DNA of 64,000 bases from Elusimicrobiota bacterium (GTDB taxonomy: Bacteria > Elusimicrobiota > Elusimicrobia > 2-02-FULL-39-32), in the NCBI GenBank assembly GCA_021730935.1, contig JAKFYJ010000021.1, positions 22,451-86,450 of the forward strand, read 5' to 3'. The notes under the pieces were generated by a model. The model did not search any database and was not told where the DNA came from. It worked only from the letters and a program-made list of their open reading frames with translations. The translations under genes were made by a program, and so were the position numbers. Shown one piece after another: positions 1 to 8,277 of this stretch. Position 1 is the first letter of the stretch. Every line of letters begins with the position of its first letter.

Positions 1-716
1 ACGCGGCTCTGAAAGGCGAGCATATGCGGAAGGGGGTGTCCGAGAGTGTCCATGATGCCTGCGACGGACGCTTTGATGTGGTCCAAATAAGGATCGCCCT
101 TGTCGATGATGCTCTGGGGCAGGCCGTGAGCGGAAAAAACGATGCGCGATTTGGAGCGGTTTTTGAGGCGCGGCAGGAGGGATGAAATTTTTTGGCTCCA
201 GGCCTCCACGAAAAACGGCGCGTTATAATAGGCCGGGACCAGTTCAAGTTCGACTTGTTTGCCGCTCTCTTGGATGCGGCGCTTGAGTTCGTTGACGCTG
301 GACCCGGTGGTCGCGGAACTGTAATGCGGATAAAAGGGAACGGTCAGAATTCGGTTCACGCCATTCTTTAAAAGATTCGGCACGACCTCCTCAGTGAGGG
401 GGAAGGAAAAGCGGAAGACCAGTTCAAATTGCAGGTGCGGGCGGCCTGGTTTAAGGTTTTTGGCGATATGTTCCATCTGCGCGAGGGAATATCGATATTG
501 AGGCGACCCTCCGCCGATCGTTTCATATTGCGGCCATATTTTTTTCAGCCGCGTTTTGGCGATCCACCCGGCGAGCGCGGGCTGGAATGTGGCCGGAACG
601 GGAAATTTGATGGTTTCTCTGTCTGAGAATAGGCGCGTGAGGAACGGGACGATTTCGGATTTGTCTCTCGGGCCTCCAAGGTTTACGAAAGCCAGCGCTG
701 TGGGGGGAAATTTCAC
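1..716 (-). CDS. hemH: Ferrochelatase (3' end runs off the window edge)
   Basis: Manual translation from GTG at 716: VKFPPTALAFVNLGGPRDKSEIVPFLTRLFSD...YPHYSSATTGS...FSAHGLP...GDPY...LAFQSR. These are ferrochelatase motifs, and the gene lies directly downstream of hemN. Confidence 0.92.
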   Translation of the reverse strand, partial: MKFPPTALAFVNLGGPRDKSEIVPFLTRLFSDRETIKFPVPATFQPALAGWIAKTRLKKIWPQYETIGGGSPQYRYSLAQMEHIAKNLKPGRPHLQFELVFRFSFPLTEEVVPNLLKNGVNRILTVPFYPHYSSATTGSSVNELKRRIQESGKQVELELVPAYYNAPFFVEAWSQKISSLLPRLKNRSKSRIVFSAHGLPQSIIDKGDPYLDHIKASVAGIMDTLGHPLPHMLAFQSR

Positions 717-721
717 GGGGC

Positions 722-2146
722 TTAAAGCGTGCGGGAAAAAACCGGAGCTTTTCCTGAACCTCCGCCGTTCCTGCGCGCCCGCAAGTGAGCGTCGAAAACC
801 ATGCAGATGTTCCGAATGCAGATGCGTCCTGACGGCGTGATTTTTATTTTCTGTATCCGCCCCTGATCGGACCTTGTCAGGACGAGAAGCCCGTCTTTTT
901 CAAAGGGTTCCATTTCCGACAGTTCGTCCTTGAGACATTCCCACGGATCCAATTCAAACTGCTTTTTGAACCCTTCCAGATCCAGATGCATCCGGCACAT
1001 GAGGTCGAGGATGATTTGTCTCCGGAGATTGTCGTCTGCGGTTCGGCGGTATCCCCGCAGGATCGGGAGTTCTCCCTGGGAGATTGCGGTTTCATATGCT
1101 TTATAATCTTTAAGATTTTGGGTGAAAGACCCGCCGATGTCGCCGATGGCGGTCAGGCCCGCGCCGATCATTTCGCCTGCCCGGGCCACCGTGTATCCCA
1201 TGAAATTCCGGTGAAGGGTTCCGTTGTCTGCGGCCCGCGCAAGCTCGTCGTCTTTCCGCGCGAAATGGTCCAGGCCGATGGGGACATATCCGCGCTCCGC
1301 GAATTTCAGCATGGCCGCTTCGAACAATCGGACCCGCTCTTCGCCCGTGGGAAGTCCCATCTTTTCCAGAGCCGCCTGCTGAGGGTGAAGCCAGGGCACG
1401 TGGGCATATCCATAAAGAGCCACCCGGCCCGCTTCCATTTCGCACACGGCTTCAGCCGTGTCAATCAAAGATTCTTTCGTCTGGCCCGGCAACCCATAAA
1501 TCAAATCCACATTGGTGCTCACAAATCCAAGGTTCCTGGCATAAGCCAGCATTTTTGCCGTGTCCTCTTTGCTCTGAATGCGGTTGACGGCCTTCTGAAC
1601 TTCGGGCTTAAAATCCTGCACGCCAACGCTCAGGCGGTTGAACCCCAGGCCCCTCAAGGTCGAAATCTGTTCCTGGGAAGTGACCCGGGGATCCACCTCA
1701 ATCCCCAGCTCCGCGTCCGGCGAAAAGGTGAAATTTTTATTCACCGCGCTCATGAGGAGGGTCAGCTCTTCAGAGTTCAGGAATGTGGGAGTGCCTCCGC
1801 CCCAATGCATCTGCGTGAGGGTCTTTCGTTCGCCCAGCTGTTCCGCGATCATCTCAAGTTCGCGCGCCAGAAGTTTCAGATAAGCGGCCGTTCTTGAATG
1901 GTCCCGAGTCACGATGATGTTGCACCCGCAATAGAGGCAAAGGTGCTCGCAAAAGGGGAGATGGATATAAAGCGAGAGAGGTTCTTGGGGGGTTAAACGG
2001 GCGCGTTCGAGAGCGGAATGATAGTCCTGAACCTTGAAAACCTGCTCCGCCCAATCCGGGACCGTCGGATAGCTTGTGTATCTTGGACCCGGCTGGTCAT
2101 ATTTGACCAGGAGTTCATAGCTCGGGAGGCGCAGGGTTTCAGGCAT
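722..2146 (-). CDS. hemN: Oxygen-independent coproporphyrinogen III oxidase (radical SAM)
   Basis: KYDQPGPRYTSYPT N-terminus, YIHLPFCEHLCLYCGC (CxxxCxxC), GGGTPT, HRNFMGY, C-terminal FSRTL. Confidence 0.95.
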   Translation of the reverse strand: MPETLRLPSYELLVKYDQPGPRYTSYPTVPDWAEQVFKVQDYHSALERARLTPQEPLSLYIHLPFCEHLCLYCGCNIIVTRDHSRTAAYLKLLARELEMIAEQLGERKTLTQMHWGGGTPTFLNSEELTLLMSAVNKNFTFSPDAELGIEVDPRVTSQEQISTLRGLGFNRLSVGVQDFKPEVQKAVNRIQSKEDTAKMLAYARNLGFVSTNVDLIYGLPGQTKESLIDTAEAVCEMEAGRVALYGYAHVPWLHPQQAALEKMGLPTGEERVRLFEAAMLKFAERGYVPIGLDHFARKDDELARAADNGTLHRNFMGYTVARAGEMIGAGLTAIGDIGGSFTQNLKDYKAYETAISQGELPILRGYRRTADDNLRRQIILDLMCRMHLDLEGFKKQFELDPWECLKDELSEMEPFEKDGLLVLTRSDQGRIQKIKITPSGRICIRNICMVFDAHLRARRNGGGSGKAPVFSRTL

Positions 2147-2177
2147 GACAGGGTGAAAGATAGTATATAATTTTTTT

Positions 2178-2555
2178 TCATTTCGACTTCATCACGAAAT
2201 CATTGTTTTCCCGGAGCTCATTGAGGCAGGCGGCCAGGATCCGGTTGGGGCATCGGATTTTTGCCTTGCAGTCGCAGAGGAGGACCAGCTGTTTTCTTAA
2301 GGAAAGAAGGGCCAGAGGTTTGAGGAGCTCCGCCGCCGCCGCGGATTTGAGCTCGCGTTTATAGTTGAGCGCAAGATCGTCCCAAGATATTTTGTTTCGG
2401 CGATATTTCCGGGACAACGACGGGCTCGGGGCGATTTCCGGAAACCACAAATCAATTTTCCTGGAATGCTTTAAAAGGAGAGGCCATCTCCAGGACGGCA
2501 GGACTTTGTATCCCTTGCCCGCTTTCTCCAAGCGGACGATTGCGATCGGGTTTAT
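2178..2555 (-). CDS. DUF488/YeaO-like protein (start TTG at 2531, or ATA at 2555)
   Basis: GYKVL..WRWP...IDLWFPEIAPS..L and LVLLC resemble the YeaO/DUF488 pattern. GGAGG lies 7 nt upstream of the in-frame ATA at 2555. Confidence 0.6.
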   Translation of the reverse strand: MNPIAIVRLEKAGKGYKVLPSWRWPLLLKHSRKIDLWFPEIAPSPSLSRKYRRNKISWDDLALNYKRELKSAAAAELLKPLALLSLRKQLVLLCDCKAKIRCPNRILAACLNELRENNDFVMKSK

Positions 2556-3160
2556 TGTTTTTCCTCCGCCCCGATCTGCATGCGGTAATGCACCGTGACT
2601 TTGTCGTCCACCTTGATCGCGCCGAACATCAGCGTCGGAGGCTTGATGCCGTAGTCCGTCATTAAAATGTCTTTCGCGCCTTCCAAAACCAGAATCTCGT
2701 CCTTCATCCGTCCGGAGGATTCCAGGTCCACTTCCTTTTCAACGCCCGCGATCTTGAGCTTGCCCTTGAGTTTCACCGAGACCCCGTCTTTTTCGGAAGC
2801 GGCCTGATATTTTTCGAGGGCAAATGTGATGGCGGGAAACTCCTTGACCTTGAGGGAAGAATACATGTTTTTGTCCATCTGTCCGCTCTCGGATTTCATG
2901 AGGTTCACGGGAATAACGACGGAGAGCTCTTTCGCTTTGCCTGCCAGAACGAGGTCCCGGATGCGGTCGGTTTTTGAGGCCGGATCCTGGAACTTGATCG
3001 AGACATCCACCTGGGTGGCGGTGCTGGAATAGGGATGCAGGGTTGAAGTCCCCGTGATCCACAACGCGCATTTCGCCGCGTGGGCCGGCCCTGCGAGGGT
3101 TAATAAAATTGCGGATAAGGCTAATAATTTTGCAGATGTTTCTTTGAGAATGTTTTTCAT
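2552..3160 (-). CDS. YceI-family periplasmic lipid/isoprenoid-binding protein
   Basis: Signal peptide (AHA), GTSTLH, MDKNMYSSLK..FPAITF, GKLKIAGVEK, MTDYGIKPPT..FGAIKV. Confidence 0.88.
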   Translation of the reverse strand: MKNILKETSAKLLALSAILLTLAGPAHAAKCALWITGTSTLHPYSSTATQVDVSIKFQDPASKTDRIRDLVLAGKAKELSVVIPVNLMKSESGQMDKNMYSSLKVKEFPAITFALEKYQAASEKDGVSVKLKGKLKIAGVEKEVDLESSGRMKDEILVLEGAKDILMTDYGIKPPTLMFGAIKVDDKVTVHYRMQIGAEEKQ

Positions 3161-3210
3161 GAACGCCTCCTTAAGGGTGACTCAGTCTATCAACAAGATC
3201 GGAAATCTTC

Positions 3211-3226
3211 TATGATGCAGGTCATA
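3211..3226. promoter_or_regulatory. Crp/Fnr-type palindromic site TATGA-N6-TCATA between divergent yceI-hem and porin genes
   Basis: Perfect 5-bp arms with 6-bp spacer (CRP geometry); also reads ATGAT-N4-GTCAT (FNR-like). A Crp/Fnr gene is about 2 kb away. Confidence 0.55.
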
Positions 3227-3327
3227 GTCAGGATTTTCCGAATTGATACACTATCGCCATAAATAGTATAAACATTATTCGATTTGCGGAAACGATTTGT
3301 CATAAAAATAAAAATGAGGAGGAAGGA

Positions 3328-4635
3328 ATGAAGAACACAAGAAAGATCGCGCTTGCCATGGCCCTGTTCGGGCTGATGAGCGGCGTTGCGCACAGCATCG
3401 AGGTCGTGAACAAGGATGACGTGAAGCTCAATATGCACGGGACACTGCAGTCTTATGCGTTCACAAATTATGTGAACGATGAATATCGTGATCACCTCCG
3501 CCTGCTCCTGTTCGTCCGCCAGGCGCGCCTGCGGTTCACGGGAGAAGTGAACACCATCAAGTTCGACGTGCAATATGCGTTCGGCGGCGAAGAAGGCGTG
3601 AAAAACACCGGCGGCACCGTGGCCAACTCGTCCCTGGGCCTCCTGGACTTCAGCGCGGATGTTCCTGTTCCGTTCCTGAGCCAAACTTATTTCAAGTTCG
3701 GACAATACAAAGTTCCCTATGGCCTTGAGCGCCTGGAATATTCCGCCAACCTCATGTATGCGGACCGTTCCATCGCCACCTTGCCCTTCAACCAGGGCCG
3801 GGACGTCGGATTCTCTCTCGTCAACTCGGCGGAACACCATGTCCTGAGCGGAAGCATTTTCACCGGCGGCGGCCGCGACAACCCCATCCGCGATCTCCCC
3901 ATCCGGCTTGGAAGCCCCATGCTCGTTGTGAGAGGCGGATATAAAAATGGGATCGATGAAAATCTGTTTGAACAGAAGCAGACCGATTACGATCAGCTGA
4001 AACCCGGCTTCGCCCTTTTCGGAAACGCTCTTTATATGGAAGACAGCCGCGTGGGACACTCCACCGTCATGCAGACCAAGGCTGTGGAAAAAGGGCTTCT
4101 CACGGATTCCAACTGGAACCCGTATATCGGCGTTGCGGATGTGACCGGCGTGAGCAACTTTGTGACCGGAGACCTCTGGCAGGCGGGCGCGGACATGATC
4201 TGGAGAAAGGCGCTTGCTTCAGGCATTTTCAGCACGGAAGCCGAAGCCAATTACGGCATTTATAAAAATACCCTCGGTTATGTTGAAGCCACGGGCGGCA
4301 GAGTCCAGGTCGGATATTCAAAATCCTTCTGGGGACTGGGACTCCGCTATGCCGTCATCTTCCCTGACGACAAGTTTGCAAAATCCGGACGCAAAGTCAC
4401 AGGCCAGAGAGACCCCATCCACGAAATCACGCCGTCCCTCACGCTCTATCACAAGAAATTCTTCAAGATCGTGATGGACGCGCCTCTCTTGATCGATGTC
4501 CCTGTCTCAGTGGAATCGTCCCCGACGAAACTGGGAGCTTATGTGTTGACCGATCAGCCGGACCAGACGAACGCAGGAGCCATCACCCGCCAGACTGTGC
4601 CTTCGGGCCGGCTGGTCATGCAGTTCAGCTTCTAA
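3328..4635 (+). CDS. Outer-membrane porin (OprO/OprP-like beta-barrel)
   Basis: Strong SD (GAGGAGG), signal peptide, VRQARLRFTG, KFGQYKVPYGLE, GRDVG motifs, C-terminal aromatic QFSF. Confidence 0.8.
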   Translation: MKNTRKIALAMALFGLMSGVAHSIEVVNKDDVKLNMHGTLQSYAFTNYVNDEYRDHLRLLLFVRQARLRFTGEVNTIKFDVQYAFGGEEGVKNTGGTVANSSLGLLDFSADVPVPFLSQTYFKFGQYKVPYGLERLEYSANLMYADRSIATLPFNQGRDVGFSLVNSAEHHVLSGSIFTGGGRDNPIRDLPIRLGSPMLVVRGGYKNGIDENLFEQKQTDYDQLKPGFALFGNALYMEDSRVGHSTVMQTKAVEKGLLTDSNWNPYIGVADVTGVSNFVTGDLWQAGADMIWRKALASGIFSTEAEANYGIYKNTLGYVEATGGRVQVGYSKSFWGLGLRYAVIFPDDKFAKSGRKVTGQRDPIHEITPSLTLYHKKFFKIVMDAPLLIDVPVSVESSPTKLGAYVLTDQPDQTNAGAITRQTVPSGRLVMQFSF

Positions 4636-4647
4636 AGCGCAGACGCA

Positions 4648-5208
4648 TTGTTCGTGAAGAAAACTCTGCTCGCTGGACTTGGGTTACTCCTTGTTCCCTT
4701 CCTGCGAGCAGAGCTTCTTTTTTGTTCCGAGCCCTCTGTTCAGGTTTTTGAAACGGGCCACGACGCCTATGAAGTGTCCTGCCGATTTTCAGTGAACACG
4801 GACAGCAAGACGGCTTGGGCGGTGTTGAGCGATTATGACGGGATCGGCAAGTATGTCACCTCGCTTAAATCCAGCAGGACCGTCGAACGCAAAGCGGACC
4901 ATGTCATGGTTGAGCAAGTGGGGCAGGCAGGATTGTGGTTCGTTCAGTCGAAATTTGAGGTTTTGTTAAAAGTTTACGAAACTCCCGGAACCAAAATTGA
5001 TTTCGAGGATGTCAGCAAGAAAAGTTTTCAGTTTTATCGCGGCTCCTGGGAGATTTTAAACGGTCAGAACGGCGTTCAGATTGTCTATAAACTATCGGTG
5101 GTTCAGCAGACCCGGTTCCCCATGTTCGTGACTCGAGGTTTTTTGCGCAAGAGCATCGCGGAGCTGATCGGTCAGGTCAAAAATAAGATCGATGGCCGGG
5201 GAAGCTGA
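4648..5208 (+). CDS. SRPBCC/START (polyketide cyclase-like) lipid-binding protein with N-terminal signal
   Basis: AWAVLSDYD....YV..LKSSR, VEQVG, F.FYRGSW pattern. Confidence 0.75.
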   Translation: MFVKKTLLAGLGLLLVPFLRAELLFCSEPSVQVFETGHDAYEVSCRFSVNTDSKTAWAVLSDYDGIGKYVTSLKSSRTVERKADHVMVEQVGQAGLWFVQSKFEVLLKVYETPGTKIDFEDVSKKSFQFYRGSWEILNGQNGVQIVYKLSVVQQTRFPMFVTRGFLRKSIAELIGQVKNKIDGRGS

Positions 5209-5216
5209 TATTATTT

Positions 5217-5891
5217 TTATTCGATCAAGCTGCGAATATCGTCGGGCTTCTTGATCTCGATTTTCCCTCTCAAAGACACCAAATACCCTTTCTTCTGAAA
5301 ATCCGATAAAGCCCTGAAAGTCGTTTCCAAGGCCACCCCGATCAGTTCCGAAATTTCTTTTTTGGTGAAGGGAATGACATCCCCGTGAATCTGGTGCAGG
5401 CGCGTGAGGATGTTGGCCAGGCGCACATGCACCGTTTCCTGCCCCATGCACCGCAGTTCCTGAACGTCTTTGAGGCGATCCGAACAGAGAGAGCACATGC
5501 CCCGGATCATTCCGGGACTCTTCATATAATATTCCAGAAAAACTTTGTCCAGAATCTGGAGGACCGTCGTGTCGTTGGCGGCCACGGCCGTGCAGGGATA
5601 GGTGCGGTTGTTTCCTCCCATCCGGCAGAGGGTCCCGAACAGTTCGCCGTGACCCAGGCTTTCGATGGCGAAAGGTTTTCCGTCGGAAGTATATTTAAAA
5701 ACCTGCACGCGGCCGTCATAAATCACCCACACGCTGTCCGCCGGATCGCCTTCGTTATAAATGGTGTCTTCCTTCGCGAATGATTTTTCCCTGGCGTGGG
5801 ACGCCACCGCTTTGATGTCGGCGGGGGACAAAGATTTGAACGGCTGGATGTGGGTGAGGAATTTCAGGATGTCCGAAGAGGCCGCGCTCAT
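5217..5891 (-). CDS. Crp/Fnr-family transcriptional regulator
   Basis: cNMP-like domain (IYNEGDPAD..GRVQV..GELFG) and C-terminal HTH (TKKEISELIGVALETTFR). Confidence 0.92.
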   Translation of the reverse strand: MSAASSDILKFLTHIQPFKSLSPADIKAVASHAREKSFAKEDTIYNEGDPADSVWVIYDGRVQVFKYTSDGKPFAIESLGHGELFGTLCRMGGNNRTYPCTAVAANDTTVLQILDKVFLEYYMKSPGMIRGMCSLCSDRLKDVQELRCMGQETVHVRLANILTRLHQIHGDVIPFTKKEISELIGVALETTFRALSDFQKKGYLVSLRGKIEIKKPDDIRSLIE

Positions 5892-7267
5892 TTGTTCAGC
5901 GCTTCCAGCATGGACGGTATGTTCGTGAATTTCTTGCGGGTTTTGCCGTCGGCTTTTCCGTTCGTGATTTCGATCGCGTCGAGCTTTTTCCAGTCCTCAA
6001 AGGTGATGTATTGGATGCCCTTGCTCTCCAGCCATTTCGGAATCGTTGAGAGATCGCTTTCCCTGAAGGGGACCTTGCCGTCTCTCCAGTCTTCAAGGAC
6101 CTTGTGAACGGTGTCGATGGAGTCGGGCTTGTTGGTCCCGATCACGCCGGAGGGGCCCCTCTTGGCCCAGCCCACGACATAAATTCCCGGGATCTGCTTG
6201 AACTGGGGATCGATCACTCGCCCTTCAAGGTTCGGGATCGTTCCTTTTTTTTCGTCATAGGGAATCCCCGGAAGCCGCGTGCCTCGGTATCCGATGGACC
6301 TGAAAATAAGTCCCACGGGAAGAGTTTCAAATTCTCCGGTCCCTTCCGCCGCGATGTTTCCCTGGGCGTCTTTCACGAGACGGTTCTTTTCCAGTTTCAG
6401 CGCCGCGGCTTTTCCGCTTTTCCCGAGGATCTCTTTCGGAGACCCCAAAAACTTGAGGACAATTTTTCTTGGGTTGCCTGACGGCTGTTTCATGGAGTGT
6501 TCCATCAGGATGTTTAAATTATTTTTAGGTTTGGATCCGCCTTCTCCGGATTCAAGAGACGCTTTGGAAAGCTCGTCGAGTTCCAGCTCTTTGGGATCCA
6601 CGATGAGGTCCGCTCCGGGCAAATCGCAGAGTTCCCTGGCTTCAGGGTTCGTGAAGGCCGCCTGCACCGCGCCCCGCCGCCCGATCATATAGATCTCTTT
6701 GATGCGGCTTTCTTTGAGCGCCTGCAGGGCATAATCCGCGATGTCGGTGGATTTGAGCGTTCTGGGATCCCGCGCCAGGATTCGCGTCACGTCGACGGCC
6801 ACATTGCCGTTTCCGATCACGGCCGCCCGTTCGCACGAAAGGTCAAATTTAAGGTTCCGATAATCCGGATGCCCGTTATACCACCCCACGAACTCGGTCG
6901 CAGGAAAACTGCCTTCAAGGTCTTCTCCGGGGATGTTCATTTTGCGGTCGGATTTGGCTCCGACGGCAAAAAGGATCACATCATAAAATTTCTGCAGGTC
7001 TCCGAGCTGGAGGTCCCGCCCGAACTCCACATTTCCGAAAAACCGGAACCCTTCGCGCGCGGCCGTCTTCTCGAACACTTTGGTCACGGTCTTGATCTTC
7101 TCGTGGTCCGGAGCCACTCCGCCCCGCACCAGGCCGAAAGGGGTGGGCAGGCGGTCGAACATGTCCACTGATATTTTCGGCGCGGTCTGGTTCAAAAGTT
7201 CTTCCGCCGCAAAGAATCCGGAAGGCCCGCTTCCGAGGATGGCCGCTTTAAGGATGTTTTCTGGCAT
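5888..7267 (-). CDS. Ferredoxin-NADP+ reductase, adrenodoxin-reductase/FprA type
   Basis: GSGPSG, DRLPTPFGLVRGGVAPDH, FVGWYNGHP, IGNGNVAVD, GWAKRGPSGVIGTN. Confidence 0.9.
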   Translation of the reverse strand: MPENILKAAILGSGPSGFFAAEELLNQTAPKISVDMFDRLPTPFGLVRGGVAPDHEKIKTVTKVFEKTAAREGFRFFGNVEFGRDLQLGDLQKFYDVILFAVGAKSDRKMNIPGEDLEGSFPATEFVGWYNGHPDYRNLKFDLSCERAAVIGNGNVAVDVTRILARDPRTLKSTDIADYALQALKESRIKEIYMIGRRGAVQAAFTNPEARELCDLPGADLIVDPKELELDELSKASLESGEGGSKPKNNLNILMEHSMKQPSGNPRKIVLKFLGSPKEILGKSGKAAALKLEKNRLVKDAQGNIAAEGTGEFETLPVGLIFRSIGYRGTRLPGIPYDEKKGTIPNLEGRVIDPQFKQIPGIYVVGWAKRGPSGVIGTNKPDSIDTVHKVLEDWRDGKVPFRESDLSTIPKWLESKGIQYITFEDWKKLDAIEITNGKADGKTRKKFTNIPSMLEALNK

Positions 7268-7320
7268 AAGGGTATTTTATCATTTTACAGGGGAAGGGAA
7301 TTCTAGTAAAATTTTCCGGC

Positions 7321-8169
7321 ATGGATGATTTGACGCTGGTCCGGGAACTGGACAAAATTTTCGTATATATTGTTGTCCCGGGCCTTGCGGGCATCACATT
7401 CTTTGCGCTTGCCAAATTCGTGCGCCACATCATGCCGCTCCGCGCCCTCGTCTCCAGCCCCCAGACCTATCACGCCGCTTTCTGGGGATTTTTAATTTTC
7501 GGATTTTATCTCGGGCTTCGTCCCGTGCAGGTCCTGGCCGGCCCGCACCCGTGGCCCCTCATCATCTCCAGCATCCGCGAATTTCTCCTGATCGGCGTTT
7601 TCGGTCCCGCCGCGTTCATCGGGATGCTGACCCTCTGTTTCGGGCCGGACCGGATCGGCCGGGGAACCATCGCCGCCGTTGTGGTGATGAGCGTCGCCAT
7701 GGCGGTCGCCTTCTGCGTCGTGAACGGCATGGCGATCGGCGGGTCCGAAGAAATCGTCCGCCTCGGGAGACTCACCGCCTATGACGGCTTGTGGTATAAA
7801 AATAAACGCGAAGACATCGACACGCTCATGCACATCCTTTTTGTGATCCGCATCATCAACCCCGGAGCCATGCTTTTCATCGGCGCCTCTTTCATCCTGC
7901 ACCACGCCTTCACCTATAACGCGTTCAAGCGCAAACTTTATGACAACATGCCCCGCAAACTTTATATCCTGAGCATCGCGGCTTTCATCTATGCTCTCTC
8001 CATTTTCGGCGGCAGTCTCATTTATACGTTCCGTAAAGTCCCCGACCAATGGGGCATCTATCACCTGGGCTCTTTGATCGCGGGGTTCCTCGAAGCGATT
8101 TCTCTCTCCATGCCGGTCCGGAGCGACGTGCAGGTGAGCGAGCATAACGACTCTCCTCTGACGATGTAG
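7321..8169 (+). CDS. Polytopic membrane protein of unknown function (about 7 hydrophobic segments)
   Basis: 282-aa ORF with GC3-rich codon usage like its neighbours and alternating hydrophobic helices; TAAAAT 8 nt upstream of the ATG. Confidence 0.7.
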   Translation: MDDLTLVRELDKIFVYIVVPGLAGITFFALAKFVRHIMPLRALVSSPQTYHAAFWGFLIFGFYLGLRPVQVLAGPHPWPLIISSIREFLLIGVFGPAAFIGMLTLCFGPDRIGRGTIAAVVVMSVAMAVAFCVVNGMAIGGSEEIVRLGRLTAYDGLWYKNKREDIDTLMHILFVIRIINPGAMLFIGASFILHHAFTYNAFKRKLYDNMPRKLYILSIAAFIYALSIFGGSLIYTFRKVPDQWGIYHLGSLIAGFLEAISLSMPVRSDVQVSEHNDSPLTM

Positions 8170-8211
8170 GCTGTTTCTTCCCTTAACACCCCGACCGATT
8201 CTCGGTTAAAA

Positions 8212-8277
8212 TTGTTACATTTTTGTTACAAAATGTTTAGGATTTTATTATGACATTACAGGTAGACTCTTGTAATG
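8212..8277 (+). promoter_or_regulatory. Regulatory region of the giant gene: tandem TTGTTACA repeats, -10 TAGACT and an inverted repeat over the ATG
   Basis: TTGTTACA at 8212 and 8223 (11-bp period); TAGACT at 8263-8268, 6 nt before the ATG; CATTACA (8254-8260) and TGTAATG (8271-8277) form an inverted repeat. Confidence 0.5.

Noticed and set aside
986-1897. Long antisense/alternate-frame ORFs (for example 986-1897, 3190-4059, 8932-9855, 53922-54740)
   Set aside because: They shadow well-supported genes on the opposite strand, have no recognisable motifs, and are expected with GC-biased codon usage.
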